Part shown: piece by piece, positions 25,736 to 38,305 of the stretch
Layout: every line of letters starts with the position of its first letter
Numbering within the stretch: the first letter of the stretch is position 1
Assembly (NCBI GenBank): GCA_001949185.1
Contig: BDGG01000001.1
Coordinates: forward strand, 8,217,067 to 8,281,066
Reading direction: 5' to 3'
Length of the DNA stretch: 64,000 bases
Source of the DNA: Ramazzottius varieornatus
Taxonomy: Eukaryota; Animalia; Tardigrada
Position numbers and translations under genes: made by a program
Notes under the pieces: generated by a model
The model's input: the letters and a program-made list of their open reading frames with translations, nothing else
Database searches by the model: none
Told to the model about the DNA's origin: nothing

Positions 25736-26159
25736 TATAGGTTTCATGCTATGCAGTTATCCACGGCTTATGTTTTGCCTAATATCGCTGCACAGAATTT
25801 CAAATTCTGTGCAAGCTGAGTTGATTGCACTATTGACCACTTTGGTCGAAATTTGGAATTTTGGTGGAGTGGAGCGTGATCAGGCCAATCAGCGAATTGG
25901 ACTAAGCGCGTCAAGTGATCCGAGCCACACGCCTCACCCACATTGCGCCACTTGACTTCCGCCCTCTTCCGTTCTCGAAATCTATCATGTTTTCGACCGC
26001 AGCTAGTATTGAAGATAGGAAGAGATGATTGTCTTCCGGAAATATCGCCAGAGAAAGCGAATAAAGTCCGGGCTTTATCCAGTAGAGGGCTGAATGACAG
26101 ACCCCGCGAATTCCGATGCGCTGCTGAACTTGCGTGGCCTACTATCCCTTCATGCTAAT

Positions 26160-26760
26160 ATTCTGTGCCGGAAGTGAGCAAACTGCGAAACGGTTTCTGC
26201 ACAGAAACTGACACAGTATAAAATCATGAGATTTTATTCTATTCAGAGCCGAAACGTGACTTGCGAAACAGGTCTAATGGCGAAGAAATGAGAATGCGGA
26301 AAGTTCCGCAGCCACTAGAGCACGGAATCTGGCCGCATGCGCTGCACTGCACTCTAGCTGTGCTGTGCTGCAGCACAGCTGCAGTACGGAAATCGACGAA
26401 ATTTGTGCAGCACAGCACAGCATGCAGCAGGAAGCCGAAGACTGCCGCGCAGATCCACGGACCAACACTTAACAAATATTGGTACTTTTGGGTATTCGAG
26501 TTTCAGGCATCTGAGTTTTGCCGTACCGTATGGCCACGTTTTCCCGGTGGACTACCCATCTTGCCGACAATACTATAACAAAAGTCAGTACATCAGCGTG
26601 CAGCGCAGTTGCAACAGGTCCATGTGCATCTGCAGCGCAGCTGCCTAGCCACTGCGCATAAAAGTTGTGCAGCACAGCGCAGCGTACAGCGACCTGGTAC
26701 CGTGCGCAGCACAGTTGCTGCGCAATTTTGAACCTGCGGCCCAGTGCTCTAGCAGCCACA
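26160..26760. repeat. GCACAGC/GCTGTGC-rich palindromic repeat tract (probable decayed non-autonomous element)
   Basis: Many short motif copies in both orientations, e.g. gctgtgctgtgctgcagcacagc ... tgtgcagcacagcacagc. Confidence 0.5.
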
Positions 26761-27370
26761 CACTGTCAGCAACAGGCCTAACCTTGCTCACGTGAGCGCC
26801 GCTCAGTGTATTGGCGAAAAACCCTCCCACCGCCACCGATACTGTACTGAGCGCTATTCTAGCGCTCTTGGTGAATTGAGCAGTGGCCGATCTTGCAGTT
26901 ATCGGCCAATACTGCTCCAAGGGAAGATTGCAGGTACGACCATTTTTGTAAAGTGAACCAAAGTTCACTTTCTGGATAACACAAATGAACGCATTTGAGC
27001 GGTGCAAGGTGAGAACCCACACTCAGCTTTAGCCAACTCTCGTCCCAGCCGGTGCAGATATGCATTACAGTAAATGAGTACTGCGCCACGCACCATAACT
27101 CTCTTTCGTAATGGAGCGCTCATTTGTTAGTGGGAAAGTTTGGTGCCAAAAATGCCAGCAGGTGATTTTGCCCATGGAAGGTCGCCATGCTTTATGGGGT
27201 ACTTTGGTCGCTTGGCATATCCGTTTGACTCTACCAGTAACAGGTTGAGAGCAAACCATCTTGTGATTACACATCACATTGTTGTACGCGTGCAACAGGT
27301 CGAGCGATACGCCTGTTGTAAGGAAAAAAAACAACAAAAAAAGATCACGAAACAGCAACCGAAATAGAAA

Positions 27371-29999
27371 TCACAAATCGCTTTTTTGAGGAAGCCGCCG
27401 ATGTGCGATGTACAAGAAAGCAATACTGGTGATGGAGCTCAAGAGAAATATCACATCAAACCAACGATGGTAGAAACTGAACTGAAGTTCCCCCAGCACT
27501 TCGGTTATCACAGCTCTGTAGATCAAAAGTTGCCCATCAGTCATCGTTCCCAAAACGAACCTCAACGGTTTCTCGTCCATTCGTCACACGAAAAGTACTT
27601 ACCGATAAGCAGGCGGGACGCTTAGTCGCATCAACAAAATGGTCGAAAGAAAATACATGCCCATAATCTCCGCGAAGGAAAGCACCAGAACGTCGGAGGA
27701 TCGCCCGCTGGAGATCACGTATGAAAATTGAAAGAACTGCACAGCAGAGAAAAACTCCATCAATTCATGATTCGATATCATGAATGATTGTCCTCAGAAA
27801 TACCTTGGTCAATGTTATCAAAAATCCACGGATGGACGTGAAAGCTAGAATGCCAACTAGGACAAAGGAAATTTGTTGCGACCAAAGCTGAACCTGCAAA
27901 CGAAATCAACGTCACAGCCAAAATTCTGTAATGTCCCTGTGTTTTTTTACTGCAAATTGGCTTCTTACGTCGACGTTCAGCCCAAGCCAAGTAACGGCAA
28001 TCTCAAGGCCGCGCGTAACTGGATCGAGATGAGCTATCCTGTTCAACAGGATATTGACGATGGTCTGCAAAGAGAAAAGCCTCGTCAAATTTTGATCCTT
28101 TGTATAGAGATCGATCATACTTTGTCAATCACAAGCAATCGTAAAACACACCATAACAATTTTCCACAAACAGTAGACTGTCAAAGCCAGGCCCCAAAAA
28201 TGGAAGAAGATGCCTTGAGGTGTCTTGGAGTACTCATGACGAATCTTCATCTTCTGCAACTCGTCAATCTCCAAGAAGAGATGTCTGCACATGACGCGCA
28301 TGGTACTTATCTCGCTGTCCAGCTGATTTGTCGACTCTGAAAGGAGGAAAGAAAGGAGATTAAGAGGCAGTTACAACCGGCGACACACTCAAGACCATGC
28401 TGGTTGGCAGAACGAACCAGGAAGTATGGTGCTAGCCAGTCGAGGTCGAGCCTTGCCCAGAAGGTTCCACCAAGAAGAAGCGTCGACTGGCCGATGATCA
28501 GGCCTCTTTTGCAGTAGTAGACGCCTGCAGAAAAAGGACAAATCGTTATTCGCCGAAGTGGTAAAACTTCATTGGTTGAAAACTTGTTTGAAGAATAAGT
28601 TGAATGGTTGGATCTGTTCTGATCATACCTCTTCTTTTTGGCACTGAGCATTTCGATAGCTTGTTCTAAACGTCGTTCTAGAAGGCGGATATGTCCATCT
28701 CGAACTGTCCTAACAAAACGGACAACATAGCGAACGGAATTATTATGTAGTACACCGTAACTCATTAACATTTTTCTGCTGTTTTGAGATTCGGTTTGCT
28801 GAGCTAAAGAATTGGAAAATCAGCATTCAATGCCTTTTTCTTACGGTTTACGTACTTGGAGAAACAGGAAAGGTAGGTGTAGGGCGTATTCACCGCACCA
28901 AAGCCCGACAGGACAGCGATGACCGTCACGCCGATGACACCAACACGTCCCACGGCGTGGTCCATCGTGGAGAATATCCCTGCAGAATATTCCAAAATTA
29001 AGCTTCGAGCATTCTAATAGGCTCAAATGAGAACTTCGAGACAGAAATTTCAGAGACCTGCGCAGCTTACCGTTTTCAGTGCTTAATATGGGGAACGGAC
29101 TGCCAATCTTCCAGAAGCCATACAGGAAAATGATCCATGCTAGGAAACTGACCAGCGAACTCGAGCGAAGTCTCCAAAAGGCCAACGAACCTACAACAAG
29201 CGCGAGTGATACAGCCCAAGAAGAAACGGGTAGGGTTCTTTGGTAACACAGATGACTTACTTGCAGCTGCCAGCTGGACGACGGAGCGCGCGATGAAGAA
29301 GGGAATGACCAGGACGAGGATGATGATCAGCAGGCTGATGCCAATTTTCCAGTGGATCAAGCGCGACCTACGGCAAAAAATGTGGCAGGTAACCGGAAGT
29401 AAATTATTGAGCTGGAAATCGGGCAAGGAACTTACTCGTTGTCCAGAACGCCAACAATTTCGAAGATGAAGAGCTCGAAGAGCGTGACGGACAGCGTGAA
29501 TGTCAAGCTGAAGAGAATCTGCACCGGATGATTTCTTATCTACAAAACAAGGAAGGCGGAGGAGGTAGACATTGTCATTGATCAAAATGAATCAATCCAG
29601 AAGGTCTTCAGTGAACAGACTCGGCGAGACCGTCTACCAAGTGGCGCACGCTCCTAGCCACTAAAACTTAAAATATGCGCCACTTGGGAAAACGATCTTG
29701 TCGAGCTTTCTGGCCGAGCTCCCGTATCGACATTATCCGACGCTTAGTCGTAACTTCTGTACCTCATAATCCTGAGATAGTCTGCGCATAAGGAAAATCC
29801 ATCCGAGAACGAAGAAGACAGTCTGTACATACGGAAAAGAACATTTGAGTGAATATTTCCGTGGCAGTGATATTCTCTCTGCATGGAACGGATCCTCCTT
29901 CAACGAATGGGCGCGACGGTTGAGCTCGGCAAAACTGACATCAAAAGCTCGGATTACCTGGCTAAAGAGGATCAGCAGGGAGTCGTGGAGGAGAGGCAT
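27371..29999 (-). CDS. GPR89: Golgi pH regulator GPR89/GPHR, multi-exon
   Basis: [14 protein letters not shown]|[20 protein letters not shown]...[11 protein letters not shown]...[24 protein letters not shown]...[11 protein letters not shown]...[18 protein letters not shown]. Confidence 0.95.
29613..29722. mobile_element. Intronic palindromic MITE-like element, copy in GPR89 intron 2
   Basis: aagtggcgcacgc...atgcgccacttgggaaaacgatcttgtcgagctttctggccgagctc. Confidence 0.8.
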
Positions 30000-30625
30000 C
30001 AGGAATGTCGTTGAGGCTTCACGGAATGCTAACAAGCAACAGGCCCGTGACACGTATCAGATTTCTTGCAGGCAGCATGGATTCATCCATCTCGTCTTCT
30101 TCCCATCGAACGTCCAGTAACTCGCTGCACCTACCCAGCCTGCAACATAAAACTGCTACTGTATCCACTCGCTTTCACAAACCAGCAAACAGTCTCAGCG
30201 AGCAGGGAAGCGAAGAAGGAAACAGCACGAAGAAACGGAGGAAGAATATTTTTTACAGTTTTCCAAAAATCTGGTTTTTCATCTGGGACACCTTATGGCC
30301 CGCCAAACAGATAGTAATGACGTCACTGCAATCTAACTGGATGTACATTGATTGCGCGTTAGTTGATTGTCGATCTCCCGGAAGTTTGTGGTTTTTGAAA
30401 TTTTTGACGATTTTGATTTTTCATTTTTCCTGTCTCTTCCTTCCAATCTGTCTCCCGGACTTCATCACTAACATCGGGATTCAGACGTTGAAGGATCGGC
30501 TACAGTGACCTCAGCGGAGCAAACACGACCGAGGAGGAACGCCCGCACGCCAGAGCACGGTGGATCGTCGGTGAACTGCGGCTGGAGTCATCGCGACCGG
30601 AAGTGCAGTGCGTTTTCCTCCAAGA

Positions 30626-31389
30626 ATGGCGTGCCTCTCTTCTGTATCGTGGTCAAGAGCGCTAGGAATGGCGAATAGCTCTCCACGAACGACGTTCTGC
30701 TGTCTGATTTCCTGCCGCGTTTTCCCCCCGTTAAACTTTGCTGTGACGACCACATCGACAACAAGAAAGGAAAAACGGATATTACATACGACCCCTACAG
30801 TGAATGCTCCTCCTGCCAAACCTGGCAAGGCTGGTGGAGGTACGTACTCTTGAACTTGTCTCTGTTTGAGCCTGTGGGAGGTAGCAATATGAGCGTCATG
30901 GGAATCGGGAAGTTGAGAACTTGGGAGCTCTTCAGCACTGTGGCGTTAGTTCTTCCAGAACGAGTCGGTGTAATGCCATATAACATGGTTGCTGTAGTCA
31001 GACAGCGATGTCATGCGTGTGTTGATCGGGGTCAGCACCTCTTAACTTTACTCACCGTTTGTTTCTTCACAGCCTTTAAAGCTGGGATGACGGTAGTCAA
31101 GAAGAAGATGGAGGTGGAAACCGATCCGCATAAGCTTGTCAACTACCTCTGCGGCGGGAATTACGTCAAAGACAGTCCAGAAATCAAGCTGAAACCGGAC
31201 AGCGAGTATCCAGACTGGCTGTGGAACCTGCGCACCACCGGTCCACCTTCCCTCGACGAACTCGATCCTAACAGCCTCGAATACTGGTACAAGGTGCGGG
31301 AGATCAGGATGAAAGAGGAAAGGATGTTGCAGAAAGCTGTCAAGGGCAAGAGATGGCTTTTGAGGTCTAAAGGAAAACTACTCGAATAA
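30626..31389 (+). CDS. MRPL54: Mitochondrial ribosomal protein L54 (Ribosomal_L37 domain), spliced
   Basis: VETDPHKLVNYLCGGNYVKDSPEIKLKPDSEYPDWLW; the upstream exon encodes an Arg/Ser-rich presequence-like peptide. Confidence 0.9.
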
Positions 31390-31688
31390 TTATCGTATTT
31401 CCTGGTTTACTCTGGTCAGCCGCTGTGTACAAATTGTCAGTTTGGTAAGCCGCATAGTGATTTGGTACAACGGGATGTACGGCTGTGCTTACAGCGATTT
31501 TGTGTGGTACGGCCCGCCAGTTCTCATATCTGAATGAGACAAAATTGGATAGACAAGCCATTCGGTCAGTTTATGGTTATTGTCCGTTCAAATCAGTAGG
31601 CACAACCTTACTGTACGGCTTGCTAAGTTGTCTTTATTTTCCACCGTCATAGACAAAACCATAAAACAGCAACAAAAAACTCGAGAAA

Positions 31689-34144
31689 TCAGTATAAACT
31701 GTCTGCGCCGAACCTCTCTATGATTGCCTTCTTTTTCTCGTCATACTTATCTTGGTGAGTCTTCCAGTACCGTGTCTTAGTCCAGGTTGTAGGAGGCTTG
31801 ATCTGTTCAACGTGGTACGCGGGATCTTCGACGCGGTAGTCGTAGTGTGAACCATCGCGGACCTGCTGGTCCAACAGGGACCTCCTGGCTTCCGGACTAA
31901 GCATCTTTTCCCACTGGTTCTTCCGTTCGAAGAAGAACAGAACGTCTTCTTCGGCCTGCAGTTGCTGTCGCTTGGCTTGCAGTTGTTTGAGTCGCTCGGT
32001 CAGCTCGAACTGGCGCATCTGCCGGTTAACTTCATTCTCTCTTTGCGTCATCCATTTCTCGTAGAGCGACTGTTGAGTCGATATGTCGGTTTCTGCGGAC
32101 TGCTCTACGACTTTCTTCACCTAGAAAGAGTTGAAAGCTCGGCAAACAAAGGCGAAATGTTTTCGCAAGCGCCACACGTTTCCAGTCTAACAGGATGAGA
32201 GCGTGCGCCGCCATCTGTCGAGTTTAAAAACTTACTTCCGCCTCGGCAAGGTCCAACAGCTTTCCTTCTTTCAACTTTCCCGCTGGCCGAAGTGACCTCT
32301 GCAGTTCTTCCGCCTTGCCCACCCAGCTTAGTCGTTCAGCAGCAACCTTCTCGTCTTCTGGAGGTTCGGGTTGTTGTTTCAGCGCTTCCAAGAACGAATC
32401 TACCTAGAATAAGTTTACACCGTGTAATAATTACGTCATTCTAAAGAAAAATGTCATGGACATCAATTTGCCTACCGCTTCTGATAAAACGGTTCCGTTG
32501 TCGGCGGATGCCGTGTTCAAGTTCGTCAATATCTTCACACCCTTTTCCCACTTCTTGTACAAACCGGCGCCCATCAAGCGCGCACTACGACCCAGCAAGT
32601 CGTTGGACTGAGCGCCTGCGGTCATCAGGGTCTTGCCCAGTCGCGCTTTCGGATCGGTCAGGTCGAAATGGTCGTCGAAGAACTCGTTCTTCAGGAAAGG
32701 AACGTACACTAAGACCTACAAGGAAGAGTTATGCAGTGCTTTGAATACTCCAGAAGATGCAGAAGCTCGGTAAACAAAATCGACCAGACTGATTTTCTAA
32801 GTGGCGCACGCTTCCACGTCAACTGGCCGAGAGCGTGTGCCACTTGAAAAAACGACCTCGACGACATTTCATATGATTCACTGAGAGTGCTTCCGTAAAT
32901 GCTCTGTTATTTCAAGTAGCAAATCGTAGACCATACTTCTTCGCCGGTGTCCGGTGGGGGAACCGGAGGATTCAGTGGAGCTAACGCGGTCCAGTCAGGG
33001 TTCTGGAGAAAGGCCAGACAACTGTACAAGGATAGGTTTCTAGTCAGCGGATGACCGAAGTCTTCTTGAAGCATGAAGTCGATCGCTACCCTGACCGCGT
33101 CTGCAGAAGGAAGAAATGACTCAAATGAGACTGTACCAAACGGGAGCTGGTCACATAAAGTTGAATATCATATTTTCCAAGAGACGCACCTTTACGCCAT
33201 TGACTACGAGAATGTGCGCCACTTGGAAAACAAACCCGACAAGATCGGTTTTTCCGGGTGGCGCACGCTATCAGCCAGCGACACTGGAAGCGTGCGCCAC
33301 GTGAGAAAACAATACCGTTGAATTTGTTCGCCGCACTCCGAATTCTATTTCCAGAAAAAATTTCATGTCATGTCCTACCTGGGTATCTTTTCAGCTCAAG
33401 TGATTTGTCCATGAGGAGGTTAGCAGTGTAGTAGTCCAGGAAGATTCCATATATAACTTTATTGTCGATTATCTTCATCAGTTCTTCGTAGTAGCCTTGG
33501 TCCATGAAGGCGCGAACTACGGCGTCGCTGGTGCTTCTCCTCATGAATTTGGTATTTCTGGACTTTCGAAAACTGCAAAAAGAATGAATACGATGCCTGA
33601 CTCGATCGAAGCAATACGGAGTGAAAATTCTACCGTTCCACCGGTGAAACAAACTCACTATGCTAGTAATTCTTCCAGGTGCAACAAACTGTCCGGTTGG
33701 ACCACGCCATTCGCAAACTGCAAAATAAGACTCCATTTTTACACTCGAATGAAGCGCAAGAAGTAACTTACAATGTCCATGTCAAGGGGACTTCCGGATT
33801 TGTCCGCTTCAAATTTCTTTCGTAATTCGACGTAAAACTCCTCTGCAAAAATAATCGAGAATTCGAGATAAACTACTTCGTCCGAAAAAAAATATTCTTC
33901 TTTAGCCTGCATACCAATTCGGATATCACGCATCAGCGGAGTGGTAAGGCGCTTCTGCCATACGTCTTCGAGGTGGTAGGAAGAAGGAAGAAACCTGTAG
34001 GAGCGTACACCTGCGACGAGAAACGGCAGATTGACAACAGAGGAGTAAGACCGGAAGTCGATGTGATAACGCACCTGACCATGACCGGAACACTGGATGT
34101 CGAGTTCCCCGGGTGAGCAGACTCGATCCTCCTCTCAGCGCCAT
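31689..34144 (-). CDS. MRPS27: Mitochondrial ribosomal protein S27 (PPR-like), multi-exon
   Basis: RFLPSSYHLEDVWQKRL...FRKSRNTKFMRRSTSDAVVRAFMD...DNKVIYGIFLDYYTANLLMD...; PFLKNEFFDDHFDL; coiled-coil C-terminus. Confidence 0.88.
32136..32225. mobile_element. Intronic palindromic MITE-like element filling most of the MRPS27 last intron (32121-32235)
   Basis: agctcggcaaacaaa...gcgccacacgtttccagt...agcgtgcgccgcc..tgtcgagttt. Confidence 0.75.
32764..32870. mobile_element. Intronic palindromic MITE-like element, copy in MRPS27 intron
   Basis: aagctcggtaaacaaaatcgacc...aagtggcgcacgcttcc...agcgtgtgccacttgaaaaaacg. Confidence 0.8.
33168..33336. mobile_element. Intronic palindromic MITE-like element, doublet in MRPS27 intron
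   Basis: gacgcacc...gtgcgccacttggaaaacaaacccgacaagatcg...gtggcgcacgc...gcgtgcgccac. Confidence 0.8.
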
Positions 34145-34434
34145 CCCACAAGATGCAGGGACAAGGTATACAAGAGATAACTCCACAAACGATAAGATGG
34201 GGGAAGAAGATCCGACCCCCGAAAGAAAAACACAGCCTTCGTTTGTGTCAATCAATCTGACTGACAATCCACCGTAAATGGTTGAACACTGAACAGTCCA
34301 CCAAAGAATGTACTCGGTACTGCGTCAGGATGGTACTCAATTACAATCTGTTTCAATCTCATTTAACGAATTTTAACATATATTTAACTCCGTGCATTTA
34401 TGATCAATCAACAATCAACCGTTATCTGTGTGCT

Positions 34435-35279
34435 ATGGCGAATTCATCTGCTCCGTCGAAAGAGCAGCTGGTAGCAGATCTGAAATTTATGAAACTATCT
34501 TGCGTCGGGACCGAGGATGAGCTCCTGAAAAGATACAATAGGCCTATGGAAGGGATGGCTGAAGTATTGAGGCATCATTGTCGAGAGGAATTCAAGCGGA
34601 TATGGCCGATCCAAATGCACCAGCCCATGGAACACCTTCGATACCAAGCTGAGCAGATCAGCCGCCTGGAGAGCCTCGTGGAATCCCTACAGGAAGACAA
34701 GCTGGAGCTTCAGAAGACCGTCAAAGCTCTACAGGTAAGCCAGGAATCCATCTTGGGAAGATTGTCCTCGCTGGAAAATATCCTCCAACGGCCGCCTGTC
34801 CCGCCATATGAGCCTCCTGCCACCAAGGCTGGTGTCCCCAGTATGACCCAGGCTACCGCCAGCGCAACGCCCGTAGTTACCCCAGTCAGGGCTATCACCA
34901 CTCCAACCTTTGCTGCCGTTGCTGCGCGGAGATCCCAACCATCCGAGACCCTGCTGTCCCGCGAAAGGCAACCCGCGTTGTTGTTAGAGGTACGAAGAAG
35001 ACTGATGAAGAAAGTATAACAGCCAACCCGCTGCGAGCCAAGGGACTGCCGGGTTGTAACTTCGCCATTCGGGGTGTCCCGAGACACGTAACCGCTGAAC
35101 AACCGAAAGATTACCTGCAAGGCATCGGAGTGAAGCCTCGCTTCGTCCGGATGGTTCACGTTGGCCCTGACGACACTAAGTCTTCCACTGTCGGTCGCAT
35201 CGGAGTCTTCGCGAACGATGTGGATCTTGTCCTAAAAGCCGAGAACTGGTCGTCCAACATCAGCATCACTAATTGGTAG
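34435..35279 (+). mobile_element. LINE ORF1-like remnant (SAP-like N-terminus, coiled coil, CR1/Jockey-type C-terminal domain), disrupted
   Basis: KEQLVADLKFMKLSCVGTEDELLKRY; heptads LESLVESLQEDKLELQKTVKAL; after a break DYLQGIGVKPRFVR...RIGVFANDVDLVLKAENWSSNISITNW. Confidence 0.55.
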
Positions 35280-35585
35280 GTCGGTCTATAACTGTCAACC
35301 GAACGGCTATCCAAATTTTCTCGCTGTGTGTCATAAATTTTCCTTTCGTCTCTCTAGCTGGTAACCCCCCAACAGATCTATTTATTGTCTTGAACCTGAA
35401 GGATCGATCTTTATAACGATACTCATTCCTGATCAACCGGACACTCTGTCTGGGTTGCTGAAACTTTTTCCATCATCGTGCTGAGTAGACTTTGATCCTC
35501 TTAACATCGGGGAGGTCGTCGACTGAATTGTCAAGGCTAATAGAATTCCTTTCTCCCTACACAACAGTTGCTGGCACTTGTGCTC

Positions 35586-37899
35586 ACAAGGGGATTATGC
35601 TTGTCGTCCGCCTTCCTGGAATATTCTGACATGAGAGAATGATGGAGAAGAGTCTGCTTTATCGTCTGAGACAGGCGTAGATTGCGCAATAGAATCCTGG
35701 TAGACACTACAGGAACCCGAAGTGACGTCAAGATCTGGGCGGTACATGGTTTATACAATCAAGCGGTTTGATTTCAGTGTTGTTGATTCGTTATTGATTC
35801 ACGAAGTTGCGCTATGCTTTAGAATACAACCTAATCACTTGTGCTGAGAAGTTTTCTTTCCTCCCTTCTGCTCCTCCCGATAGCGCCATGGAATCCGGTA
35901 ATCTCCTCTACATCTTACACCTACTGCTGCCGGACTACGAGCAACATTTCCCACTGAGCGACTCTCCGAGCGAATCTCACAAAATGTTGAAGACACTCAT
36001 CAAAGGTACGAGTACTGTAAACTTCTACAATTATGTCGATTTCCTAAAGCATATTCAAGTTTGGTCTTGTGCCTACAGATTTCTTGGACGTCCAGATCGA
36101 CCAAGCTGGAAGTCCGATGTCGGCCACTGAAGAAGTTCTTCAGGATGAGTTCCCGATTGGCGTGTCGACGTTCGATCAGCTGGAAACGTCTATCGGTAAA
36201 ACCGACCTATTCCATGGACATAGCGAAGCAGACTTCGAATCCACTCCGAATGATCGCCTTACAGAACCTGCTTCAAGTGGAACAGAACCTTCTTCCCATG
36301 AGCTGTTTGTACCCCGAACCCCGAATCCGAAAGTGGCACCAAACCAGGCTGCTGATTTTGCTTACACAAAACGCGCTGTTGGTTACTGGACTAATGTCTC
36401 TTCCAAGAAGCGTCGTAGCCAGTCACCAGTACTCGCCAGCTGAGAGAATGGAGAAATCACGTTGGAGAAAAAGGCTCGCGGATCGATAAGCTGAAAGCGA
36501 TACGACTGAAGACAGGAGAGAAGTTCTGCCTTGCCAAGCAAAAGCCTAACGTAATGAAAGATTTGGATATTCGGCAGTGGGCAGTTACCGCTAACCGTGA
36601 AATTGGGCTTTCCGGTTTCACAGCTTCTACTCATTGCGTTGGAAAGTTCAAAAAGTAGAGATAATGTCAGACATGATCATCTACTCAACAACGTTTAAGT
36701 CTCTGACGTTTGTGGTCTAATCGCTCGTTTGTAGATACTATAACATCTGCGACAGAAAATCACGAAGTTCGTCACCGAAAAGTTCCTGAAAGAAGTACCG
36801 AACAGGAAGAAGAGTGCCGACGAGTGCGTTGCTGTGGTCAGAGGAAGAATCCGGGCGTGCGGGATAGACTGTCTGTGGAATGCTGGTCAGAATGGATTCG
36901 AGTACGAGATGAGACCAGGTCGAACTCTGGATTTCGTCGGTGCAAAGCACGTTGCAGCACTCACAGTCTCAGAAATCGATGACTCACAGCTACACGGTCA
37001 TGATGTGTGTTTCACCAGGTGTCCGCAAGTTTCTGCCCGTTCTCTTTATCACGCTGCAAGAACCCGAAGGAATCTTCGGACCACTTGCGAAAAAGTCCAT
37101 GTTTCAAGCTAGTAACCTGTATATCACTGCTTCCACGTCTGGTAAGATGACCAAGGAGCTCTACATGGAATGGTGCGAGAAACTTTTCCTTCCGCACACG
37201 AATGAGCCTTATATATTCCTTGCTAATTCTTGGTCGACGTTTTCTGACCGAAGCCGCAGATGAAGTCAAACCGGAAGAACTGGAATATGAAATGATCACT
37301 ATACCACCTAAAGTCACCGGTCAGATTCAACCACTGAACGTTCTTTGCTTCCGGACGTACAAGGGGTATTTCAGGAAGGTTTCGAACTGGATATTCTTGA
37401 ACATTCAGCCGGTTCAAGTCCACCATCGGGACGTCATATTGAAAATGCATTCCCTGATTTACCAGCAGTTTACTTCTCCTAGATTTTCTAACCTCATTGC
37501 TCGAGCTTGGCATTTGTCAGGTTATGTCGACAGGTCCGTAGAATACGTCAACCTCACAGAATTCTGTTTCCAAGGACTGACTGGTCGTTGTGACCATGAT
37601 AAATGTGAGCGTTCCTTGCTTCTGAAATGTGGATGGTGTAAAGCTCCTCTATGCTTTTACGAAGAATATCATTTCTGTAAGATTTACCTTCCTTGACAAT
37701 CTGAAGTTGAGTTTCGCATAATACGTGAGGTCGATAAAATCAATAGGTGTGTACCACCCAGGTTTTGACGTCACTTCCGGTTCCTGCAGTGTCTTCCAGG
37801 ATTTCATTGCGCAAGCTACGCCTGTTTCAGACGATAAAGCAAACTTTTCTCCATCATTCTATCATGGCAGAATGTTTCAAAAAGGCGGAGTCCCCTCGT
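35586..37899 (+). mobile_element. Decayed pogo/Tigger-type DDE_1 transposon with ~150-bp TIRs
   Basis: Fragments YITASTSGKMTKELYMEWCEKLFLP...FLANSWSTF and TIPPKVTGQIQPLNV. 35606-35745 is the inverted match of 37750-37890. Confidence 0.85.
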
Positions 37900-38305
37900 C
37901 AGTGTCGTTTAGTGAATGCGTCATAACAACAACAACCATTCAACAATCGACCGTTCTGCTTTGATTGCTGGGATTCGCTGCTCTTCTCCATCCTGACTGA
38001 ATCTCAGTTCAGAATTTTCTTCCAGACTTCTCCAGCTTTATCTCCATCCCGTTTCGTTCAACCGCCCCCTTGTAGCGTAGCCTGGAAGACATTTGAGGCC
38101 TTTGAGGAGCAGAATCGGGACATCTGGAGCGAAACAGCTGAACAAGCAGCCGCCTCCCGTTCGTCAGCATCGATTCCAGGAGCAAAAGGCAAGTGTCACA
38201 ACGATCCAGCCTGTACGTGAATCCTTCTGCCTTCGGAAAGCCATCTTATTCGTGAACAGGAGATTGTTTAGATCGGCTTCCTAGTTCGAGCACCGGGAAA
38301 CGACC

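Noticed and set aside
33168-33336. CRISPR-like appearance of repeat-variable spacer units (also at 4066 and 38521)
   Set aside because: The units are inverted repeats with partly homologous loops, at most two in tandem, in eukaryotic introns with no cas genes. A MITE explains them better.
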